Below, piece by piece: positions 16,700-24,253 of a DNA stretch of 32,000 nt (position 1 is its first letter; every line of letters starts with the position of its first letter). The translations under genes were made by a program, and so were the position numbers. The DNA is taken from positions 540,001 through 572,000 of the forward strand of contig OY970350.1 in the NCBI GenBank assembly GCA_963718045.1, in the 5' to 3' direction. The DNA comes from Candidatus Saccharimonadota bacterium. GTDB taxonomy: Bacteria > Patescibacteriota > Saccharimonadia > Saccharimonadales > UBA4665. The notes under the pieces are model-generated. The model saw nothing but the letters and a program-made list of their open reading frames with translations. It did no database searches and was not told the DNA's origin.

Positions 16700-17338
16700 C
16701 TAGTTGGATTTTTCGGGTAATTTGTTTGCAGCCTTTATCAGTTCCGCTTCGCTTATCGTAGTCTTGTGGATTGGTGCATCTGGCTTATCTCTGTCAAAAA
16801 GTAAAGACAGATAGTGCCTGTCATTTCCGTTAAAACCAAAGATGTTCACGATATTGAAGCTACCTTTTGATACGATTTTTGCCAACTCATCCTCTTGCAT
16901 ATCACCGTTCATATTACAGAATACAATCAAATGCCTGTTATCGGCATAATTCTGACCACGTAACGATTTGACTTGAACTTGACCAGCAACAGCTTCCAAT
17001 AGAGTTTTGTATTTTTTATCCCTGTGCGTAGCCAGCGTCTGCTCAACGTAGACTGCTTCACTGTCGCCACGCACCAGACCGCCATCATCATTTTCAAGCA
17101 TCTTTGCTACCTTTAGCTCATTACCCGTCAAGTCCGAAAGAGCAATAGAGTGTATTATCAATCCAATCCACTCCCGTTTACTCATACCCGTGTCAGTTAC
17201 TTTGGAGCTGTCTTCAATCCAATTCACATCTCCTAATGCAGGTAGCACAAAGTGCTTGAACGCAAGTATCGGGTCAATACATACGCCCTGTGCCTTGATT
17301 GCTAAGCCTTTTGGTTTCCAAGTATAATCAGTTTTCAT
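16700..17338 (-). CDS. Hypothetical protein (212 aa), second gene of an uncharacterised pair
   Basis: Long ORF whose ATG overlaps the stop of the upstream gene (ATGA at 17335-17338). I recognise no motif. Confidence 0.6.
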   Translation of the reverse strand: MKTDYTWKPKGLAIKAQGVCIDPILAFKHFVLPALGDVNWIEDSSKVTDTGMSKREWIGLIIHSIALSDLTGNELKVAKMLENDDGGLVRGDSEAVYVEQTLATHRDKKYKTLLEAVAGQVQVKSLRGQNYADNRHLIVFCNMNGDMQEDELAKIVSKGSFNIVNIFGFNGNDRHYLSLLFDRDKPDAPIHKTTISEAELIKAANKLPEKSN

Positions 17339-18351
17339 CTCGTTTTATCAATCTGCTCTTTTATCGCTATATTTGAGTGCTTAGCTACACCCTCAGGCGT
17401 TTTGTAGATGTAAAAGCTACCGATGAGTTTCATCAACTTATACTTGATGCTTTCCTTTTCCCAGAAAAACTCACGATAATCTGTAGGGTCATCAAAATCA
17501 ACGTTTGGCATAATGTGTTCTGGTGCAGTGTACTGCTCAGGCATAACCACACTTATGCGACCGCCATCACAATAGATGAAAGTAAAGCGTTTGATAATTG
17601 TTCCAGCGTATACAAGGTCAACACTATACTTACCCGACCCCCTGCTATCAGGGTATACTTGTGTCCACGGTTCGCTAAACTCATCATAATCCCCTCGCTT
17701 GTGTATCTGGTAAAGGTTATCAGTTTCGCATATCCACACAGTATCGCCGTCAATTTCTTGTTCAGTCCACTGCTTGCTTACAATGTAATCCTCAAAAATT
17801 TCCAGCTGCGACTTTTGCCGCTTAGGTTTTACGGCTCTTTGTTCGTCTAACTTGGCATTTCCCTCATCACGTAAATCACTGGTGTGTAGCTGTGCAGCTG
17901 TTTCGCTTAGCACAATAGAGAGGTTGCCTTGTAAATTATCAACAGTTAGCTTGCTGACTTTGAGCGTTTCATCTTTACGAGCTGGGCTGTGCAAACCATC
18001 GTCAGCAAGGTTGCGACTGGCTTGGTCAAGCTGCTTCAATGCGTCCCTGAATGTCCGCTTACCCTGTAATTCTGAGTAAACCTGAGCTGTATTGGCAAAA
18101 CCAAAGATGGTCGGTATGTAATCAAGCACCCCTCGTATAACTATGGCAACAGTCGTGTAATTTTGTTTCTTGTAGCTGTTGTTGAGGGAAATGCAGTGTT
18201 CAATCAGTTTGACGGGCGGTTTATCATTACAGTCTTTTAGAGCCGCTACCAAAGAGTTGTCAATGTAGTTGTTCTGATTGGTCAGTAGATTTTTCAGCTT
18301 TTTCATCACGTTTCTCTCTGGTATTTTATCTCTTGCAACCTCTAGTGCCAA
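17335..18351 (-). CDS. Hypothetical two-domain protein (338 aa; N-terminal helical DUF4145/HEPN-like pattern, unknown C-terminal domain)
   Basis: The track start at 18351 is a TTG. The ATG at 18304-18306 (MKKLKNLL) is the more likely start. AIVIRGVLDYIP and ASRNLADDGLH resemble the R..LE and RN...H signatures of DUF4145-type helical domains; this is tentative. A charged linker separates this region from an aromatic/acidic C-terminal half. Confidence 0.6.
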   Translation of the reverse strand: MALEVARDKIPERNVMKKLKNLLTNQNNYIDNSLVAALKDCNDKPPVKLIEHCISLNNSYKKQNYTTVAIVIRGVLDYIPTIFGFANTAQVYSELQGKRTFRDALKQLDQASRNLADDGLHSPARKDETLKVSKLTVDNLQGNLSIVLSETAAQLHTSDLRDEGNAKLDEQRAVKPKRQKSQLEIFEDYIVSKQWTEQEIDGDTVWICETDNLYQIHKRGDYDEFSEPWTQVYPDSRGSGKYSVDLVYAGTIIKRFTFIYCDGGRISVVMPEQYTAPEHIMPNVDFDDPTDYREFFWEKESIKYKLMKLIGSFYIYKTPEGVAKHSNIAIKEQIDKTR

Positions 18352-18372
18352 CTTTCAGTTATTATATAAGGC

Positions 18373-19158
18373 ATGTCACTTTATCGTTTATACATTGATG
18401 AGTCGGGTACACACAGCTACCCACGTAAAGACAGAAACATTGTTGCAAAACGCTATTTATCTTTGACGGGCATTATTATAGAAAATGACTATTATAAAGA
18501 AGTTGTCCAACCAAAAGTAAGAGAAATAAAGCTACTTGTGGCAAGTGACCCTGATAATCTACCCATACTTCATCGTGAGGATATTCTTAATAAACGAGGC
18601 GATTTTTCTAAATTAAGAGACCCCGAACTGGCAAAGGAGTTTGATAGACTAGTAATTGAATTGCTTGCTGACCACGATTATACGGTCTGTGCAGTAGTTT
18701 TAGATAAAACCGAGCACTTAAAAAAGTATGGTGCTGCTGCTTATCACCCTTACCATTACTGCTTGAATGTACTACTTGAAAAATATACCCATTGTCTTAC
18801 CAACCTTAGCTCTCAAGGTGATGTAATGGCAGAGGCAAGAGGTGGTAGCGATGACCGAAAGCTAGAAAAAGAATACTCAAAGTTTTATAAGTTCGGTACT
18901 CAGTTTAGGTCGCCTGAGTACATTCAAGAGGTGCTTAGCTCCAGTGATATAAAGATGCGACGCAAGGAGTTAAAAATAGAGGGTTTAGAGATAGCTGACT
19001 TACTTACATTAGCCAATAAGATAGACGTTCTACATACTTTCGGCATCATAAGCACTTTAGAGCAAAACTTTCAAACAAAGCTAATAAGAAAAATCCAACC
19101 TAGATATTTCAAGAATGGTTCAACAATCAAAGGTTATGGGAAAAAACTTTTACAGTAA
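18373..19158 (+). CDS. DUF3800 domain protein
   Basis: The N-terminal LYIDESGT motif is the hallmark of DUF3800, and the size fits at about 260 aa. It is divergent from the 338-aa/212-aa pair. Confidence 0.7.
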   Translation: MSLYRLYIDESGTHSYPRKDRNIVAKRYLSLTGIIIENDYYKEVVQPKVREIKLLVASDPDNLPILHREDILNKRGDFSKLRDPELAKEFDRLVIELLADHDYTVCAVVLDKTEHLKKYGAAAYHPYHYCLNVLLEKYTHCLTNLSSQGDVMAEARGGSDDRKLEKEYSKFYKFGTQFRSPEYIQEVLSSSDIKMRRKELKIEGLEIADLLTLANKIDVLHTFGIISTLEQNFQTKLIRKIQPRYFKNGSTIKGYGKKLLQ

Positions 19159-19399
19159 AAATAAAAGAGGCCAGCGATGCTGACCCTTTTACGATGCCCA
19201 TAGCGGGTCATCCCCCTGCGATAAACGCATTACTTTAATACTAGCATAAACTACAAACACAAGCTTTTTTGTACACAGCAACGGAACTATTCTTATGATG
19301 CCTAATGCTCTACGTAGTAGTCATAAAGTTTGCTGTATTGTAATGCAAGAAACACCGTCTGGTTGTTTTGAAACAAGCAATCCCCCGAGCGTGGGATGT

Positions 19400-20386
19400 T
19401 TAATTCTTTCTACCAATAATTTTGTTGGCTCTAATTGCGATACGATGGGATGTAGATGTTTTTAACATTTCAAGCTCATTTTCTAGTAACACAACTTTAT
19501 CTAGCAGAATTTTATTGCGGGCTTCTAGTTCTTGCGAGTACAATTTGTCACTATTTAAAAATCGTTTATACCTCGCTACATTATAAATAACTTGGCTTTT
19601 ATCAAAGTCACAATAAAGGTTCTGGAGGTGTTGCTTAACGATATTTTCGTGCATAAAATATGTTTGCCGTTCACGAACGTTGACTATTTCGTGTTCATCG
19701 AATGCGTAAACATAGGGATATAGGTCATAAATCTGGGCAAGATAACTTGGTAAAGTAACATTACTTATAGCATCCAAGCACCATGGATTTGCTTCCATTA
19801 GGGTGGCTGGCTTATATTGTCGTATGTACGCAGTAGCTCCTTTTAAGAAAAATGGTTCATGACCCTCAATATCTACTTTAAGTAAATCGCATTTTTTATC
19901 TAATGTGTTAATCATGCTATCAAGTTTTTTTGTCTCAATCTCTTCTTCTAGTTCATAGACTTCATTCTTGTGCATATTAGCAATAAATGCTCCGCCCCGA
20001 TTTTTATTTGAATAGTGGAGCTTTAGTTTTCTTGAAGCATCGCTAAGGCCGAAGTTATGCAATTGTACAGTCTTTGACAAATCGTTAAGTTTGACATTTC
20101 GTTTAAGAATATCAAAATTTTGAGGTGACGGCTCAAATCCAATAATACGGCCTTTACTGCCAACTATTTTACCCGCAGCTACTACCATGAGACCAATGTT
20201 TGCTCCCACGTCAAGCATTGTTGCCCCCTCAGTTAGTAGTAGCGACATAAAAGTAAGAACATCTTGCTCTGGCATACTAGAGTGCATAAGATTTTGGTAA
20301 TAACCATCTTCAGGGAACCCTGACAAAGTTAGGCTTCCAACAATAGTATGTATATCTGAAGTTACAATATCATCTTCCATCATCAC
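19400..20386 (-). CDS. FkbM-family SAM-dependent methyltransferase with a C-terminal coiled-coil tail
   Basis: MLDVGANIGLMVVAAG (SAM-binding glycine loop) and GFEPSPQNFDILKRN are the FkbM-family signatures. The C-terminal 50 aa (ELEARNKILLDKVVLLENELEMLK) are heptad-like. Confidence 0.75.
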   Translation of the reverse strand: MMMEDDIVTSDIHTIVGSLTLSGFPEDGYYQNLMHSSMPEQDVLTFMSLLLTEGATMLDVGANIGLMVVAAGKIVGSKGRIIGFEPSPQNFDILKRNVKLNDLSKTVQLHNFGLSDASRKLKLHYSNKNRGGAFIANMHKNEVYELEEEIETKKLDSMINTLDKKCDLLKVDIEGHEPFFLKGATAYIRQYKPATLMEANPWCLDAISNVTLPSYLAQIYDLYPYVYAFDEHEIVNVRERQTYFMHENIVKQHLQNLYCDFDKSQVIYNVARYKRFLNSDKLYSQELEARNKILLDKVVLLENELEMLKTSTSHRIAIRANKIIGRKN

Positions 20387-20398
20387 ATTCTCTCAGTC

Positions 20399-20477
20399 TT
20401 GCTAACTTTGTGTTAGCAAACGTACTGTCATCAACAGTAACATATTTACCCTGTTATTGCTAACACAGAGTTAGTGG
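20399..20477. promoter_or_regulatory. Pair of operator-like palindromes in the divergent FkbM / XRE intergenic region
   Basis: Site 1 is TTGCTAAC-TTTGT-GTTAGCAA (20399-20419), with perfect 8-bp arms. Site 2 is TTGCTAAC-ACAGA-GTTAGTGG (20457-20477). The two starts are 58 bp apart. Confidence 0.55.
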
Positions 20478-20513
20478 TCTTACTGTCTACATAGTCTTAG
20501 CGTAAAAAGTGTT

Positions 20514-20747
20514 ATGAAACGAAATTCAAAAGATTTTGCTCTAATGCGGCTCATGCTCGGTAAACGTATTCAACAAATACGTTCTGATAAAGGCTACACC
20601 CAAGAAAGCATTGCTGCCATTTCTGGTCTTGATAGAGTATCAATCGGTTATATAGAGCAAGGCAGACGAGCACCGCAACTAAGCACTCTGTTGATACTCT
20701 CAAAGTGTTTGCAGGTAAAAATATCAGATTTTTTTGACGGTATTTAG
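20514..20747 (+). CDS. XRE-family helix-turn-helix transcriptional regulator
   Basis: LGKRIQQIRSDKGYTQESIAAISGLDRVSIGYIEQGRRAPQLSTLLILSKCL is a canonical HTH_3/Cro-CI fold pattern. Confidence 0.85.
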   Translation: MKRNSKDFALMRLMLGKRIQQIRSDKGYTQESIAAISGLDRVSIGYIEQGRRAPQLSTLLILSKCLQVKISDFFDGI

Positions 20748-20752
20748 TCTTA

Positions 20753-20953
20753 CTACTTTTTGAGCAACTTCATTACGTCTTCTCGGCGGTATCGTCTATC
20801 ACGACGTGTGCCGAAACGCACAGCTACTAAATAGCCTTTAGCGTCCCACGCCCTCAAAGTATTAGGATGGCAATTCAGTAGCTCACACGCCTGCTTGAGT
20901 GTGAGTAGCTTCGGCTGTTTTTGCTCAGATTGTGTCATACTATAACTATACAC
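20753..20953 (-). CDS. Excisionase / MerR-like HTH DNA-binding protein
   Basis: LTLKQACELLNCHPNTLRAWDAKGYLVAVRFGTRRDRRYRREDV matches the HTH_17/excisionase-family pattern. The protein is small (66 aa) and sits in a recombinase-bearing module. Confidence 0.7.
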   Translation of the reverse strand: MYSYSMTQSEQKQPKLLTLKQACELLNCHPNTLRAWDAKGYLVAVRFGTRRDRRYRREDVMKLLKK

Positions 20954-20993
20954 AACTTGCTAGTGCAAGACTATGTGAATGAAGTGATGACTT

Positions 20994-22445
20994 ATGAGTT
21001 TACGTGGCAAAGAAAAAATATGGTTTTTAGTCAATCATCTGCGTGATGAGCGTGAAGCTACGCCTACTGGTCAGCCAATAGGCTTGCATCCTGCGAACGA
21101 CTTGAATAGGCATTATGCAGAGCCAGACTTGGTACAAGTTGTTGAAAAGCTAGAAAAAGATAACAACGCCGTAAAGTTGGTTGCAACACCAACGATTGAA
21201 AATAACTACAAGTACCTGTTCAAGCTACTACCTAACTTTGATAACTACTTACAGGAATTACGCAAAGACCCTGAATACCTTGATTGGATTGGCGAGAAAC
21301 CTGAACCAGAGCCAACCCCAAAGACTGAACGTGCACCCTCTAACAAAAAGAGTATCTCGGAAGACAACGTACAAAAACGCTATGACTTGCTTGAATATAT
21401 AGATACTATGGCAGACGATAACGGCAATGCCTTAGTGCAAACTGCCACATTCAAAGACACCGACCCCGTACTGATAAATGTTTGGCTCGGACATCTCAGT
21501 ATACAAGAGGGGCTTATTGATGTAGTGCAACGCACTGAGATAGACAACTACGTTGTTTATCGTCTAAAAATAAAAGACAGGCAGAAGTTTCGTGATTATG
21601 TAGATGAGCTGTATAGATGGATTAAACTGTCAGTCCCCTCGCTTTCTACGAACAACTTTTTGGCAGTTTTTGACCTTGCGTACGAATTACACCAGAAACT
21701 TGAGGTTAGTCGGGGCAATACCGTAGATGTAGCCGATACACCCAATACTAAAAGATTTCCGCAGCTCAAAGATGAGAGCATAGATTATCGGTCTAATGCC
21801 CTGCAATTCTTGGAAGATTACGGCGTAATCAGCAAGTTAGAACATGATGGCCTAGTGTTCTACCACGTAACCGTTACGAGAAGATTTTTTGATAGAACGT
21901 ATCAAACTATCATGACACGAGCTTTGCAGGACGGGTACGTAACATACAAAAAGGATAGAGCCGCTACTCAGGTACTAGCAGAGGAAAGTAAACGACGGCA
22001 GCAGGCTACTGGTGCAAGTGAGGATAAACTGCCAGTAGCATCGCCGCCTGACGCAGCAAAAAAGACGAGTACAGACACTGTGCAAAAAGTAGCAATAAGC
22101 AATCTTAAACCTACAAATTATACTGACAAGAATGGCGTACTGACCGCATCGCCTTACGTTGAAATTGCAATCGCCAAGCGTGGCAAGGCAAAGCGAAGCG
22201 ACGGCACAAAATACGACCAATGCCATCTAATGAGCTGTCTATTCAAAAGTGTCAATACTCTAAAAAACGGCGTGTCTTTCAGTACATTCTTAGGAGTAAA
22301 ATACAACAAAGATGACAAAAAACAAGTTAAGAAAATCAGAAACACGATTGATGAAATAAACCAAAAGGTAGCAGATGAAACTACCGCTAAAAGACTGGTT
22401 TTTATTCACGCCGAAAAAATATTTGTAGATAAGTCGTATCTGTAA
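20994..22445 (+). CDS. Hypothetical protein (483 aa), C-terminus resembling that of the 14044-14790 protein
   Basis: Long ORF followed by a clean terminator. The C-terminal QVKKIRNTIDEINQKVA...LVFIHAEKIFV parallels QIKRRISNIVSEANSAL...LLHAGETSYKLV of the 248-aa wHTH protein. Confidence 0.6.
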   Translation: MSLRGKEKIWFLVNHLRDEREATPTGQPIGLHPANDLNRHYAEPDLVQVVEKLEKDNNAVKLVATPTIENNYKYLFKLLPNFDNYLQELRKDPEYLDWIGEKPEPEPTPKTERAPSNKKSISEDNVQKRYDLLEYIDTMADDNGNALVQTATFKDTDPVLINVWLGHLSIQEGLIDVVQRTEIDNYVVYRLKIKDRQKFRDYVDELYRWIKLSVPSLSTNNFLAVFDLAYELHQKLEVSRGNTVDVADTPNTKRFPQLKDESIDYRSNALQFLEDYGVISKLEHDGLVFYHVTVTRRFFDRTYQTIMTRALQDGYVTYKKDRAATQVLAEESKRRQQATGASEDKLPVASPPDAAKKTSTDTVQKVAISNLKPTNYTDKNGVLTASPYVEIAIAKRGKAKRSDGTKYDQCHLMSCLFKSVNTLKNGVSFSTFLGVKYNKDDKKQVKKIRNTIDEINQKVADETTAKRLVFIHAEKIFVDKSYL

Positions 22446-22484
22446 AATGTACTGAAAAACAATTCCAGTACACCCCCTGTGTAC

Positions 22485-22507
22485 ATAGTTGACCCGCAAA
22501 CATCAGC
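22485..22507 (+). repeat. Imperfect direct repeat, copy B (ATAGTTGAC-N3-CAAACATCAGC)
   Basis: Same two blocks as 16599-16624. It overlaps the terminator hairpin. Confidence 0.6.
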
Positions 22508-22517
22508 GGGTCTTTTT
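22491..22517 (+). terminator. Rho-independent terminator after the 483-aa gene
   Basis: GACCCGC-AAACATCA-GCGGGTC followed by TTTTT. Confidence 0.8.
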
Positions 22518-22554
22518 CATACCTGCTACGTGCTTGCAGCAAGGAAATATCTAA

Positions 22555-22770
22555 ATGTCCACGAACAAGAAACCGCTACCAGCAGAAGCACAATCAAAAG
22601 CCACAAATAAAGGCGTGTCTGCTGAGTTGAGTGAGGAAGCCTTAGCTAATCTCACAGGCTACTTTGACGTGCTCATAAGGATGGACTTTGCACAAAAACA
22701 ACGTAATGAAAGGAACAAAGATGTTGATGCTTTACACGGCACTTCAAATAACACTACGCAAGCTGATTGA
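22555..22770 (+). CDS. Hypothetical small protein (71 aa)
   Basis: ORF in the same orientation as its neighbours. I recognise no motif. Confidence 0.4.
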   Translation: MSTNKKPLPAEAQSKATNKGVSAELSEEALANLTGYFDVLIRMDFAQKQRNERNKDVDALHGTSNNTTQAD

Positions 22771-22835
22771 TTTGCTTATGACCTGCTGGCTCTGGGCAAA
22801 CAAGTACCAAAAAGCAGCTGAGGAGCGTAAAAAAT

Positions 22836-23147
22836 ATGGTCGTTAGCGAAGTGAACATTACGCCAGTCAAGCCGACTGACGGACTGATAGGTTTTGCCAG
22901 TTGTGTGATTGACGGTTATTTGTACGTCGGCTCAATTGGCATACACAAGTTACTAGACGGTTCGGGCTACCGCATAACGTACCCGACTAAGAAAATCGGC
23001 TTACGGCAACTCAACTACTTTCATCCTCTAACAAAGGATGCTGGCAAGTTGATTGAGCAAGCAGTTGTCGCTAAATGCGTTGAGCTATTTGAAAGAAGTG
23101 ATGAAGATTATGATAGACACAGTAAAACTACTCATACCCGTACATAA
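22836..23147 (+). CDS. spoVG: SpoVG-family protein
   Basis: VNITPVKPTDGLIGFASCVIDGYLYVGSIGIHKLLDGSGYRITYPTKK matches the SpoVG pattern of a beta-rich N-terminus followed by AFASV..D..F.V..I.V. A GAGGAG SD lies upstream. Confidence 0.7.
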   Translation: MVVSEVNITPVKPTDGLIGFASCVIDGYLYVGSIGIHKLLDGSGYRITYPTKKIGLRQLNYFHPLTKDAGKLIEQAVVAKCVELFERSDEDYDRHSKTTHTRT

Positions 23148-24234
23148 CCCGCTGATATTTGATGGCAACAGGTTCGCACCTATCACTCTTGACCAGCTCG
23201 TAAACAGCAGGACATACGGCAAGACGTTTCTTAATCCGTCGCCAACATACGCCAAGATGGGTAAGTATTTACCACGATTGACTATGTTCAAGCGACCATC
23301 AAGGTTCGGGGCTGTATACCAATTGGCTATTGAGTTTTCTGCACCAAAGATGCTATTCGGGAATAACTTTGACGAACTTACAGAAAACGATTTTGAGCCA
23401 CTACTCAAGGCACTGCAAGATGCAATTTACGAGCTGCTAGGTCATCGGTTCTTCAAGAACCAGCTCGCAACAGCTGATGTTGGCACGTGGCATCCGTCAA
23501 AGAATGTGGTCTTTTTGGACTACACATCATGTCAGACAATTCTGAACACTATCGGCAGATTAGACATAAGCCGTGTGTACGACTTACAAAAGACTGATTT
23601 TCGTGATGGACACGTTGTTCACATACACTGTAACTCGCTTGATATAGCCTTTTACGACAAAATGGCTGACCTGCGTAAAGCCAAGCTGAGCAATAAACGG
23701 GCTTTTGAAAAAGACAGCTTATTGCAGCTCAACTTGCTTGAGGGTCTTGAAGAATACCGACCACTTGAAGTGTTCAGGTATGAAGTTCGTTTTGTCGGTA
23801 AAGCCTCTATCAAACGTACATTTCCCGATATTGAAAACCGTACTTTTGAAAACCTATTCAAAAAACAGTTGTGCCAAGACATATTGCTCAAGCATTGGCA
23901 TAAAATAACTGACTCGGTTGATATGTTAGCACTTGACGTAAAGCAACCGTACGAGCTGCTACAAAACTATCTTGCTGAAAATGATGTTACCCCACAAGCT
24001 GCGATGGCAGCGGTTACGGGCTTACTCATAGCAAGCCAAGTTGGTGCATCGGGTTTACGCAATACACTTGAGGCTCGTTATGGCAAACAGGCTTGGTATC
24101 GTATAAAACCGTTACTAAAGTCGCCTAACTCATATCGCTTTACATACTTCACGCACGTTGATGAAGCGTTAGAGATGTTTACACCAACAAAGATGACCAA
24201 CTTTCTCAAAAACATTGAAAATAGTAGTAAGTAA
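23101..24234 (+). CDS. Putative replication initiation protein (phage gene II / CRI-like), tentative
   Basis: The N-terminus MIDTVKLLIPVH resembles the MIDW.T..IP start of filamentous-phage/plasmid gene II/X replication proteins. An H-hydrophobic-H triplet (HVVHIHC) is present. The track start at 23053 overlaps spoVG by 95 nt, so the ATG at 23101 or 23110 is more plausible. Confidence 0.4.
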   Translation: MKIMIDTVKLLIPVHNPLIFDGNRFAPITLDQLVNSRTYGKTFLNPSPTYAKMGKYLPRLTMFKRPSRFGAVYQLAIEFSAPKMLFGNNFDELTENDFEPLLKALQDAIYELLGHRFFKNQLATADVGTWHPSKNVVFLDYTSCQTILNTIGRLDISRVYDLQKTDFRDGHVVHIHCNSLDIAFYDKMADLRKAKLSNKRAFEKDSLLQLNLLEGLEEYRPLEVFRYEVRFVGKASIKRTFPDIENRTFENLFKKQLCQDILLKHWHKITDSVDMLALDVKQPYELLQNYLAENDVTPQAAMAAVTGLLIASQVGASGLRNTLEARYGKQAWYRIKPLLKSPNSYRFTYFTHVDEALEMFTPTKMTNFLKNIENSSK

Positions 24235-24253
24235 TGTTAAGTTATAAAGGAGT

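Noticed and set aside
17377-18079. Plus-strand ORFs 17377-17850 (157 aa) and 17852-18079 (75 aa)
   Set aside because: They are antisense to the 338-aa gene, and the translations are Leu/Phe/Ser/Cys-rich with no motifs. The minus-strand ORF is longer and translationally coupled to its partner.
23053-23100. Track start at 23053 for the replication-initiator-like ORF
   Set aside because: It would overlap the spoVG coding region by 95 nt. The family-like N-terminus MIDTVKLLIP begins at the ATG at 23110, just downstream of another in-frame ATG at 23101, so the upstream extension is probably not translated.
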